Of a DNA stretch of 32,000 nt, positions 16,230-24,628 are shown piece after piece. A model generated the notes under the pieces. It worked only from the letters and a program-made list of their open reading frames with translations, was not told the origin of the DNA and did not search any database. The stretch lies in contig NC_011979.1 in assembly GCF_000022265.1 (NCBI RefSeq), positions 1,470,001-1,502,000 of the forward strand, written 5' to 3'. The translations under genes were made by a program, and so were the position numbers. The DNA comes from Geotalea daltonii FRC-32. Lineage in GTDB: Bacteria; Desulfobacterota; Desulfuromonadia; Geobacterales; Geobacteraceae. Positions within the stretch are counted from its first letter, which is position 1; every line of letters starts with the position of its first letter.

Positions 16230-18461
16230 TCAGGCCGTTTCGGTGAGCACCACCGTTTCGCCGTCAATGTCCTCTATATTTTCTGCAATGCCAGTTTCAT
16301 CTTCCATTTTAAAGACATTCATCTCTTTTTGCAGGATATCGGTCTGGTCTGAGAGGCTGGAGACGGCGGTGTTGAGGATCTGGGTCGCTTCCAGATTTTT
16401 CCCGGTCGACTTTTCTATTTTTGCCACAGCCTGAACTATTTTGGCACTGGACTCGGTCTGGACGTCGCAGGCAGATTTGATGCTGCTGATCATCTCCGTC
16501 ATGCTTTCAGTGGATTTGGCGATGCTGCTGCTGGCTCTTGCCTGCTCCCTGGTGGACGAACGGACCTGGTTGGCGAAACCGGTCATGCGTTCCACCGTTG
16601 CGACGATGAAATCGCTGACCTTGGCCTGTTCCTTGGTTGCGCTGCCGATCTGCTGGACCATGGAAGAAACATTTTCCATTGCTTCATTGATGATACGGCT
16701 GCCCCCGGCCTGTTCCACTGCTGTGCGTGCGATGGCACGCATGCGGTCGGTGGACTGTTTGACGCCGCTGACAATCTTTTCCAGGGCCTCGCCGGATAGT
16801 CTGGAGAGATGTGCACCTTCCTGGATGTACTTTTCTGCAGAGCCTATTGCACTTACCGCCTTTTCGGTCTCCAGTTGCACACCCTTGATCAACGTGGTTA
16901 TCTCTCCTGTTGAGCTCTTGGTTCTTTCGGCAAGCTCCTTTATCTCATCGGCGACAACGGCGAAACCCTTGCCGTGTTCACCGGCCTGGGCGGCAATGAT
17001 GGCGGCATTCAGGGCCAGCAGGTTGGTCTGTTCAGTCACATCATCGATAACCCTGATAATGGCCCCGATATTCTCTGTTTTTTCTGAAAGGGCTGTTATG
17101 ACTTCTGCCGTAATAAGCGATGCGGAGCGGATCTGATCCATGCCGGCGATGGTTGCCCCCACGGAATCTTTGCCGATTTCCGCGTCCTTCAAGACTTCTG
17201 CGGCGATGGAAGCTGTTTCTTGTGAATTCCTCTCGATCTCCTTTATGGAGGAGTCCATCTGGGAAACGGAGGAGGCCGTTGCCGCGGATGTATCCATCAA
17301 GGCCGATGCACTTTCACTGATCTGTTTTATGGCAGCGGCAATTTCGGTAATGGAGGAGCTGACTTCCACCACCGATTCGACCAGCGATTCCATGTTTCCT
17401 GCCACTTCTTCAACGCTGGCGGCCATTTCCAGAATGGAAGAAGAGGTCTCGGAAGCCGAAATGGACAGGCTGTCCACGCCATGGGCTACGTCCTTCACCG
17501 AGGTATTGATGGCCTGTACTGCCAGGGAAGTTTCTCCGATGTCGTTTGCCTGCAGGTCTGCAGATTCCGATACGGAACTGGATGCCTGGTAGATCTGCCC
17601 GGACACTGTGGCCAGATCCCGAGCCGAGGCGCTGATACGCTTAACCATATGGCTCAGGCTTGCCACCATCCTGTTGAGCGCTGCGGAAAGTTCACCGATC
17701 TCATCACTTGAACTGACGGCAACTGTCTCGGAAAGGTTGCCTTCTGCCACAGATTGGGCAAAGTTGACCCCCTTGACCAGGGGACTGGTAATGGAACGGG
17801 CAACCCAAGTGATCGCCAGGAGTACTACCAGGAACAGCCCGGCGCTGACACTGCCGGCAATGATGATCTTTTGTCTGATCAGCTTGGCCGTAACAGCCTC
17901 ACGTTCCTCGATCTCCATGCGCAGCGTATCCACAGTGCTGCCAACCTGCTCGATAAAGCGGTCATAGCGCATTTTCTGCACATTCTGGGCAAGCTCAAGG
18001 GCCACGGCTCTGTTACCCTGCCGGGCGGCAGGAATCTGTTCATTCTGCATGGTATCCAGGAATTCCTGCCATGTTATTTGCGCATCCTGAACGGCTAGCT
18101 TTTTTTCTTCCGAATCAAGCTTGTTGATGATGGCAGTGAACTGGTCGTTGATCTCTGTGGTGATCTGCTGGATATCCCCGACAATAACTTCCTGTTCATC
18201 GCCATTTTCCTCGCTGATCAAGGTGATGACCTCGGCCCTCACCCGGTTAAGGTCGGATTTGAGAAAGGCGATCTGCTCAATGGTGTCTCTGGAATTCTTG
18301 ATGTCCGTATAAATTCTGCTGCCAACCTTTACCTGGTTGATGGTGTAGTAACTCATGCCGAGGGAGACGGCAAAACCGAAAAAGACAACTGCCATGATAA
18401 GCAGCATCTTGGTTTTTATTTTCATGTGGCCGATGAAATTCAACCTCTGTCCCAGTTTCAA
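16230..18461 (-). CDS. methyl-accepting chemotaxis protein, 4HB-type sensor, very long cytoplasmic hairpin (MCP-2)
   Basis: TTG 18461 lies 8 nt after AAGGAG; alternative start ATG 18425. TM1 is about residues 18-37. The periplasmic domain is about 160 aa. TM2 is about 199-221, followed by a HAMP domain. Tip [39 protein letters not shown] near residue 496. About 220 residues per arm, consistent with the 64H / 40+24H class. Confidence 0.9.
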   Translation of the reverse strand: MKLGQRLNFIGHMKIKTKMLLIMAVVFFGFAVSLGMSYYTINQVKVGSRIYTDIKNSRDTIEQIAFLKSDLNRVRAEVITLISEENGDEQEVIVGDIQQITTEINDQFTAIINKLDSEEKKLAVQDAQITWQEFLDTMQNEQIPAARQGNRAVALELAQNVQKMRYDRFIEQVGSTVDTLRMEIEEREAVTAKLIRQKIIIAGSVSAGLFLVVLLAITWVARSITSPLVKGVNFAQSVAEGNLSETVAVSSSDEIGELSAALNRMVASLSHMVKRISASARDLATVSGQIYQASSSVSESADLQANDIGETSLAVQAINTSVKDVAHGVDSLSISASETSSSILEMAASVEEVAGNMESLVESVVEVSSSITEIAAAIKQISESASALMDTSAATASSVSQMDSSIKEIERNSQETASIAAEVLKDAEIGKDSVGATIAGMDQIRSASLITAEVITALSEKTENIGAIIRVIDDVTEQTNLLALNAAIIAAQAGEHGKGFAVVADEIKELAERTKSSTGEITTLIKGVQLETEKAVSAIGSAEKYIQEGAHLSRLSGEALEKIVSGVKQSTDRMRAIARTAVEQAGGSRIINEAMENVSSMVQQIGSATKEQAKVSDFIVATVERMTGFANQVRSSTREQARASSSIAKSTESMTEMISSIKSACDVQTESSAKIVQAVAKIEKSTGKNLEATQILNTAVSSLSDQTDILQKEMNVFKMEDETGIAENIEDIDGETVVLTETA

Positions 18462-18487
18462 GGTTTGACTCCTTATGCAGTATTAAA

Positions 18488-18512
18488 GCGCCGCACAGAT
18501 AGCATGCGGCGC
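18488..18512 (-). promoter_or_regulatory. 8-bp GC-rich hairpin between PBP-2 and MCP-2 (weak terminator or attenuator)
   Basis: GCGCCGCA / TGCGGCGC with a 9-nt loop. On the minus transcript only UUUAAUA follows it. Confidence 0.5.
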
Positions 18513-18529
18513 TTTGGGCAAAAATTGAG

Positions 18530-19351
18530 TTATTTTACCTTCCGGACCGGGACGAAATTTTTGCCGACAATCGCCTGACCTTCGCTGGAGAGCATAAAGG
18601 AAATAAACTCTTTGACTTCCCCTTTTGCAACACCCTTGGTTATCAGGTTAAGGGGCCTGGAGATGAGATAGGCGCCGGAACGGACATTCTTGTCATCGGG
18701 GGCGGTGTTGTTGACGGAGATAGGTTTCACCTTTCCCTTGATGTCCCCTGGAAGGGTCGCGTAGAGGCCGAGGCTGACGCTGCAGATGCCATTTTCATCC
18801 TTTGCCACTTCAATGATCTGATCGCGGGGAAGGTCGATCTGCTTGAACTTGGCGTGGGGGGCGCCATCCAGGACGTGCTCCTGGAACATTTCGATAGTGG
18901 CCCGCTTGCCATCGAGAATTTCCGTATTGGGAACGATGGGTGCATTTTTCCCACCGACTTCCTTCCAGTTTTTGATCTTGCCGGTAAAAATACCCTTGAG
19001 CTGTTCCTTGCTGAGGTTTTTGATGGGGTTGTTCTTATGGACGAAGACGGTAACGGCATCATAGCCTATGGTGGTGGAAGAGAGCCTTTCCTTCTTCTCC
19101 TCAGGCTTCAGGGGCCTGGATGCTCCGGCCACCATGACCTTGCCCTCGATCAGGGCCTTTACCCCCTTACCCGAACCTGGAATTTCGATGGAGGACAATT
19201 TTTTGCCTGTTTTGTTCGCAAAGGCGTCGGCTGCACCGGCATTCAGTATACCGGTGCCGATTGTGGATGAGCCGCTGTAGGTGATATCTGCCAAGGCAAA
19301 GGTGGGAAGAATGAAGAGGGCGGAAAGGACCATACAAAACTTTTTCAACAT
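18530..19351 (-). CDS. periplasmic PstS-family (PBP_like_2) substrate-binding protein, orphan (PBP-2)
   Basis: Signal peptide ...PTFALA. SGSST, GSGKG, GASRPLKPEE and LSKEQLKGIFTGKIKNWKEVGG motifs. AGGAGG lies 5 nt upstream. Confidence 0.9.
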   Translation of the reverse strand: MLKKFCMVLSALFILPTFALADITYSGSSTIGTGILNAGAADAFANKTGKKLSSIEIPGSGKGVKALIEGKVMVAGASRPLKPEEKKERLSSTTIGYDAVTVFVHKNNPIKNLSKEQLKGIFTGKIKNWKEVGGKNAPIVPNTEILDGKRATIEMFQEHVLDGAPHAKFKQIDLPRDQIIEVAKDENGICSVSLGLYATLPGDIKGKVKPISVNNTAPDDKNVRSGAYLISRPLNLITKGVAKGEVKEFISFMLSSEGQAIVGKNFVPVRKVK

Positions 19352-19383
19352 GAAAACCTCCTGAGCATAAAATGGTGCAGATA

Positions 19384-19403
19384 GTGAAATATATCTATTT
19401 CAC
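19384..19403. promoter_or_regulatory. perfect inverted repeat GTGAAAT-N6-ATTTCAC in the divergent PBP-2 / ttrA-like-2 control region
   Basis: Read directly. It lies 33-52 nt upstream of the PBP-2 start codon. Confidence 0.45.
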
Positions 19404-19475
19404 AGTTGATTCTAATCGTGTTTTCTGCTCGAACAATACTGCTGATGAGCAATAATTGCACCATTTTTATTAAAG

Positions 19476-19504
19476 TTCACGTTTGCGGATAAATAGCCTA
19501 TGCT
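19476..19504 (+). promoter_or_regulatory. candidate sigma70 promoter for ttrA-like-2 (-35 TTCACG, 17-nt spacer, -10 TATGCT)
   Basis: Hexamer matches are 4/6 and 4/6. Located about 200 nt upstream of ATG 19702. Confidence 0.3.
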
Positions 19505-19701
19505 GCAGCTATTTGCGTATTTCCATGGCCGCCAGGGTTACTGCCGGATCACGTAGTTGCAGTGTGGAAATGGGGCAATAACGTATTTTGCTTATCCTGG
19601 GCGCAGGCAAAAGTCTTTGGTTGTCTTTATCGGCTTTTTTGCTATCTTAAATCCGGTCCAGGTTGCCATGGGCATCATTAAATCCCAGCCGGAGTACATG
19701 C

Positions 19702-22700
19702 ATGAGTGAAGGGAGCAGGAGACATAAAGGGGGCGGCATCACCCGTCGCGAGTTTCTCAGAAACAGCGCCCTGGCCGGTTGCACTGCGCTGGTAGCATCG
19801 CAGCTGGAATTTATCCATGGCCTTATTGCCCTGGTCGAGGCGCAGGAACTGACAGAGATGGAGGCCTACGAGCTGATGCGATCCGATCGCACCTTGTTTA
19901 CCGCCTGCCTTAACTGCAATACCGGATGCGGCCTCAAGGTGAAGATGATCGACGGGGTCATTGTCAAGATCGACGGCAACCCTTACAACCCATTTGCCCT
20001 CCATCCCCATCTTCCCATGTCGATGTCGCCATATAAAACCTCTAAGACCGATGGCGCCATCTGCCCCAAAGGTCAGTCTGCCCACCAGGGGGCATATGAC
20101 CCTTACCGGATTCGCAAGGTTCTGAAACGGGCCGGCAGGCGGGGCGAAGGGAAATGGATTTCCATTCCCTTTGACCAGGCTGTCACTGAGATTGTCAACG
20201 GCGGGGTTATCTTCAGCCATGTGCCGGGGGAAGAAAAGCGGCAGATTACCGGTCTCAAGGAACTGCATGCCATGCATGACCCTGCGACATTTGCGGCGAT
20301 GGCCGGGGATGTGGAGATGATCTGCAAGAAAAGGATGACCGTTGCCGAGTTTAAAGCCAGGCACGCCGAAAACCTGCATCTGCTCATCGATCCCGACCAT
20401 CCCGATTTCGGGCCGAAGAACAACCAGTTCGTCTATTTCTGGGGGAGGATCAAGGGGGGACGGAGCGATTTCGCCAGGCGCTTTACCGATGCCTTCGGGA
20501 CGATCAATACCCATGGCCATACCACCGTCTGCCAGGGATCTCTCTACTTTGCCTGCAAAGCCATGAGCGAACAGTACGCCGGCAACGGCTTCAGGGGGGG
20601 GCAGAAATTTTATTGGCAGGCGGACCAGGAGCATGCGGAATATATACTCTTTGTGGGCGCTAACCTGTTCGACGCCAACTACGGCCCTCCCAACCGCACG
20701 CCACGGATGACGGAACGGCTGGTGACGGGAAAGCTGAAGATGACGGTCATCGACCCGCGCTTCACAAAGCTTGCGGCCAAGGCCCAGCGCTGGGTGCCCA
20801 TCAGGCCGGGGACAGATGCCGCCTTTGCCATGGGGATGACCCGCTGGATTCTGGAAAACAGACGCTTCGATGCCACCTATCTGGCCAATGCAAACCGGGC
20901 GGGGGCGACCAAGGATCAGGAACCGACCTGGAGCAACGCCACCTGGCTGGTGAAAATTGACGATAATGGTGAGCCCGGCGCCTTTCTCCGTGCCTCGGAG
21001 ATAGGATTGAGGCCGAAAGAGGTGCGTAAGGACAAGGAAGGCAGAAGCTTCGAATTTGAATTCCTGGTGGCGATACGGGACGGGGAGCCGGTTGCCTTCG
21101 ATCCCAATGATACCCGATTGCGGGTTCGGGGAGAATTATTCGTCGATACCGTGCTCAAAGGGGAGCATGGCCCGGTAAGGGTGAAAAGTTCCCTGCAACT
21201 CATGCTTGAGGCGTCACGGGAGCGGACGCTGGCGGAATACGCGGCCGTCTGTGGCATCGAGCCGGGAATAATAGAGGCCGTGGCAAGGGAGTTCACCTCC
21301 CACGGCAAGAAAGCCTGTGTAGAGGTTCACCGCGGCGCCGCCCAGCATACCAATGGCTTCTACGCCGTTTCGGCCCTGATGAACTTGAATCTGCTCATGG
21401 GCAATTTCGACTGGAAAGGGGGCATGATTGCTCCTGCCACCTTCAACTATGATGGCAGCAGTAATGACAGGCAGCCCTATAATTTGAAAAAGATGTCGCC
21501 CAAAACCGGCAAGCCCTTCGGCCTGTCCGTCATCCGCCACGGTACGGCCTATGAAGATTCGACCATCTTTGCCGGCTATCCGGCCAGACGCAACTGGTGG
21601 CCCCTTTCTTCCGACATTTACCAGGAAATTCTTCCCTCCATCGCCGACGCCTATCCATACCCGATCAAGGCCCTGTTCTCCTACATGGGGAGCCCATCCT
21701 ATGCCCTTCCCGCCGGAGATGCGGGCATTGCCGCCCTGACCGATCTGGAGCGGGTGCCACTCTATTTTGCCAGCGACATTACCATCGGCAGCACCAGCAT
21801 GTATGCCGACTATGTTTTTCCAGACCTTCACTTTCTGGAACGATGGGAATTCCAGGGCTCTCACCCCAATATGCCGGTAAAGGTGCAGCCGGTCCGGCAT
21901 CCCGTGATCGTCTCCCCCAATGAGGTGGTCAAGGTATTCGGTGAAGACCAGCCCATCTCCTTTGAGACCCTCTGGCTGGCCCTGGCGGAAAAACTCGAAC
22001 TCCCCGGCTTCGGCAAGGACGGCTTTGCCACCGGACTTGACTTGAAAACGCCGGAGCAGTTCTATTGGCGCATGGTGGCGAATTTGGCCTATGACGGCAG
22101 TGTCCCGGTCGCCGATGCCGGTTCTGAAGAGGTGGGGCTTTTCTATGAGAGCCACAGGCACCTTCCCACCAGCGTTTTGAGGATCGATCAGACCGGAGAC
22201 CTGGATACGGTGCAGTTGAGCAAGGCAATCCATATCCTCAACCGGGGTGGCCGCTTCGATACCCAGGAATCTGCCTATGACGGCGATTATGCAGCGAACA
22301 GGTACGGTCGTCTCATCAACCTTTACCAGGAAAAGACGGCGCTGGTTAAGGATGCCTTTACCGGCAGGCATTTCCATGGCCTGCCAGGGTACCAGCCGGT
22401 GGCCGACACCCTGGACAGGGCGCCGGTGGCCATTTCAAAGGGCCATGACCTCCACCTTATCACCCAGAAGGACATCAGGATGACCAAGAGCAGGACGGTC
22501 AGTAACCAGTATCTGACCGGACTCTTTCCGGAAAATGCCATTATGGTCAATGCCGCCGACGGCAAAAGACTGGGACTGAAACAGGGCCAGAAGGTCAAGG
22601 TGGTCTCTGCCACCAACCCGAGCGGGGAGTGGGTTCTGGGCAACGGCGTGAAAAAACCGATAATCGGGCGGGTGCAGCTGACCGAGACCATCCGCCCAGG

Positions 22701-22920
22701 CGTCATAACCTTTACCCACGGCCACGGTCTCTGGGCAAGCGGTGCCACCGACATGGTAATTGACGGCATATTCATCAAGGGGGATCCCCGCCGGGCCGGG
22801 GGTGTCAATGCCAACGCCGCCATGTGGCTTGATCCCCATCTGAAGAACACCTGCATGATCGACAAGGTTGGGGGGAGCGTGTCATTCTATGATACGAAGG
22901 TCAGATTGGTAATGGTTTAG
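19702..22920 (+). CDS. Tat-exported TtrA/SrdA-like molybdopterin oxidoreductase catalytic subunit (copy 2, no adjacent Fe-S subunit)
   Basis: ATG 19702 lies 7 nt after GGAG. Twin-arginine TRREFLR. Same CLNCNTGC...CPKG and GHTTVCQGS motifs as copy 1. It is collinear with copy 1 over the full length and roughly 70% identical by eye. Confidence 0.85.
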   Translation: MSEGSRRHKGGGITRREFLRNSALAGCTALVASQLEFIHGLIALVEAQELTEMEAYELMRSDRTLFTACLNCNTGCGLKVKMIDGVIVKIDGNPYNPFALHPHLPMSMSPYKTSKTDGAICPKGQSAHQGAYDPYRIRKVLKRAGRRGEGKWISIPFDQAVTEIVNGGVIFSHVPGEEKRQITGLKELHAMHDPATFAAMAGDVEMICKKRMTVAEFKARHAENLHLLIDPDHPDFGPKNNQFVYFWGRIKGGRSDFARRFTDAFGTINTHGHTTVCQGSLYFACKAMSEQYAGNGFRGGQKFYWQADQEHAEYILFVGANLFDANYGPPNRTPRMTERLVTGKLKMTVIDPRFTKLAAKAQRWVPIRPGTDAAFAMGMTRWILENRRFDATYLANANRAGATKDQEPTWSNATWLVKIDDNGEPGAFLRASEIGLRPKEVRKDKEGRSFEFEFLVAIRDGEPVAFDPNDTRLRVRGELFVDTVLKGEHGPVRVKSSLQLMLEASRERTLAEYAAVCGIEPGIIEAVAREFTSHGKKACVEVHRGAAQHTNGFYAVSALMNLNLLMGNFDWKGGMIAPATFNYDGSSNDRQPYNLKKMSPKTGKPFGLSVIRHGTAYEDSTIFAGYPARRNWWPLSSDIYQEILPSIADAYPYPIKALFSYMGSPSYALPAGDAGIAALTDLERVPLYFASDITIGSTSMYADYVFPDLHFLERWEFQGSHPNMPVKVQPVRHPVIVSPNEVVKVFGEDQPISFETLWLALAEKLELPGFGKDGFATGLDLKTPEQFYWRMVANLAYDGSVPVADAGSEEVGLFYESHRHLPTSVLRIDQTGDLDTVQLSKAIHILNRGGRFDTQESAYDGDYAANRYGRLINLYQEKTALVKDAFTGRHFHGLPGYQPVADTLDRAPVAISKGHDLHLITQKDIRMTKSRTVSNQYLTGLFPENAIMVNAADGKRLGLKQGQKVKVVSATNPSGEWVLGNGVKKPIIGRVQLTETIRPGVITFTHGHGLWASGATDMVIDGIFIKGDPRRAGGVNANAAMWLDPHLKNTCMIDKVGGSVSFYDTKVRLVMV

Positions 22921-22954
22921 CAGGGTTCGCAACAGGAGGCATAATTAATGCCGG

Positions 22955-23539
22955 TCAGGCAGGATCGACTTTCATGCGGGGTGCGGCAAATTTACGGCCG
23001 ACGATGGCAGAATGGCGCAGGCGCAGTTCGTCCATGCCCCCTTCCAGAAATGCCAGAAGTGATTTTTCTTCCAGCCCATGGATATGGGTATCGACCAATT
23101 TTCCCATCAGGGCGTTGTACTTCTTCGTTGAACTGCCGTGGGCGAAATTCCTGCCGGGGAAGCGGCGGAGGTCGCCATTGAAAAGCGGCGAGACGTGGTA
23201 GAGCTCGTGGAAGACGGTGATCAGCTTTTCCCGCAGGGGCAGGTTGAGAAAGCGCGGGACGAGAAAATAGATGAGGTAGAGAATCTGGGTGCCGCCATAC
23301 TCCACCTCAGGCATGGTGCAGGTGAAGGTGCGCCGGCCGCGCCTGGCGGTGGTGGTCCTGGCTCCCCCTTCGAAGCGTAAGGGGTGGATCTTGGCATAGG
23401 TGCCGTGGATGCCGCCATTGCGGGTGGTCGAGATGCAGACGAGGAGCTGTTGCGGGTCGATGTGGCTGAATTCAGGCACCAGCCGGACGATGCCCCCGAT
23501 CAGTCGCTCCAGCTCCCCGGTCAGGTTGAGGGTGGTCAT
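22955..23539 (-). CDS. HExxH-motif protein (putative zinc metallopeptidase-like), function unknown
   Basis: FHELYH motif. ATG 23539 forms an ATGA overlap with the stop of the cytochrome gene. The track extension to 23656 is rejected. Confidence 0.65.
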   Translation of the reverse strand: MTTLNLTGELERLIGGIVRLVPEFSHIDPQQLLVCISTTRNGGIHGTYAKIHPLRFEGGARTTTARRGRRTFTCTMPEVEYGGTQILYLIYFLVPRFLNLPLREKLITVFHELYHVSPLFNGDLRRFPGRNFAHGSSTKKYNALMGKLVDTHIHGLEEKSLLAFLEGGMDELRLRHSAIVGRKFAAPRMKVDPA

Positions 23540-23829
23540 TTTCCGGCTTTTTGCAGCTTGTGGCAAAACAGGCAGCGCATGGGGCCATCCTTCGGCTTCA
23601 CTGGATGCTTTGGCGGAAAGGAGATTCCTCCCTGCTCGTTGTGGCAGGCCGGGCAACCCTTGTCGGCCTCCATCTTGCTGCCGGTCTTGGCTACGATCTC
23701 ATAGAACGGCTTGTGTGTGTCATCCAGGGGAACCTTCTTTGTTTTCTCTTCGCCGGAAATGGCGATGAAGATGATGGCGACGATACCGATCAGGCCGATG
23801 AACAACCAGTCTTTTTTGCCTATTTTCAT
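23536..23829 (-). CDS. membrane-anchored dihaem c-type cytochrome
   Basis: N-terminal TM segment WLFIGLIGIVAIIFIAI. CPACH and CLFCH. GGAGAC RBS. Confidence 0.8.
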   Translation of the reverse strand: MKIGKKDWLFIGLIGIVAIIFIAISGEEKTKKVPLDDTHKPFYEIVAKTGSKMEADKGCPACHNEQGGISFPPKHPVKPKDGPMRCLFCHKLQKAGK

Positions 23830-23845
23830 ATGGGTCTCCGTTTTT

Positions 23846-24628
23846 TCATTTTTCTATGGCGGCACAGCCGATGGCGCCGTTATGCTGGGGATGGGGTGGG
23901 ACGATGACGGTACTTCCCATCTCCTTCTCCAGTAGTTTCACAAGAGCCGTGTTCAGGGCGACGCCCCCCGTCAGGACCAGGTTTTCGGCCGGAAATCTTT
24001 TCAGCATGGGGATGACCCTCTTCACCAGGGTCTGGTTGACCCCGGCGCAGAGCTGTTCCACGGGAAAGCCGCGCAGGATCTGGCCAATCAGTTCCGACTC
24101 GCCGAATATGCCGCAGGTTGCATCCAGCGGTACCGGCTCTTCCCAGTGGGAGGAAAGCTCTTCGAGGCTCACCTCCAGAATGGCGGCCATATTTTCCAGA
24201 TAACGGCCGCTGCTGGCGGCACACTTGTCGTTCATGACGAAATCGGCCAGTTTGCCTCCGGTGACCAGGGCAACCTTGGTGTCCTGCCCTCCCATGTCGA
24301 GCATGGTGAAGTTCTTCAGCCCGGTCTGCTTCAGGGCGCCGGCAACATGGGCACGGATCTCCGAAATGACCTTGGCGCCCCGCATGGACAAGGTGTTGCG
24401 GCCATAACCGGTAACGGTCACCGCTGCCGTCGCCAGTTCTTCTGGCGAGAAAAGTTCACTGGCTTTCAGGTCGAGCAGGAGCTCTTCTCCTTCGAGCCTG
24501 CCGAAGCGTTTGTAGAAGGTGACCGTATCCCGGTCCGCCAGCCTGGATACAATGCCGTCGACGAGCAGGGCGAATTTGGCCTTTCTGCTTCCCAGGTCGA
24601 TGCCGATTCTGCTGCTACGGACAGCCAT
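23846..24628 (-). CDS. HgdC/BcrAD_BadFG-type ATP-dependent [4Fe-4S] activase
   Basis: From MAVRSSRIGIDLGSRK, 261 aa. GGQDTKV, NDKCAASSGRYLE and DATCGIFGES motifs. TGATG overlap with the upstream gene. The Pro/Arg-rich 89-aa track extension is rejected. Confidence 0.85.
   Translation of the reverse strand: MAVRSSRIGIDLGSRKAKFALLVDGIVSRLADRDTVTFYKRFGRLEGEELLLDLKASELFSPEELATAAVTVTGYGRNTLSMRGAKVISEIRAHVAGALKQTGLKNFTMLDMGGQDTKVALVTGGKLADFVMNDKCAASSGRYLENMAAILEVSLEELSSHWEEPVPLDATCGIFGESELIGQILRGFPVEQLCAGVNQTLVKRVIPMLKRFPAENLVLTGGVALNTALVKLLEKEMGSTVIVPPHPQHNGAIGCAAIEK

Noticed and set aside
19571-19591. Sigma54-like TGGGGCA...TTTGC upstream of ttrA-like-2.
   Set aside because: The GG to GC distance is 15 nt instead of the required 11. 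No other TGGCAC-N5-TTGC match was found in either control region.
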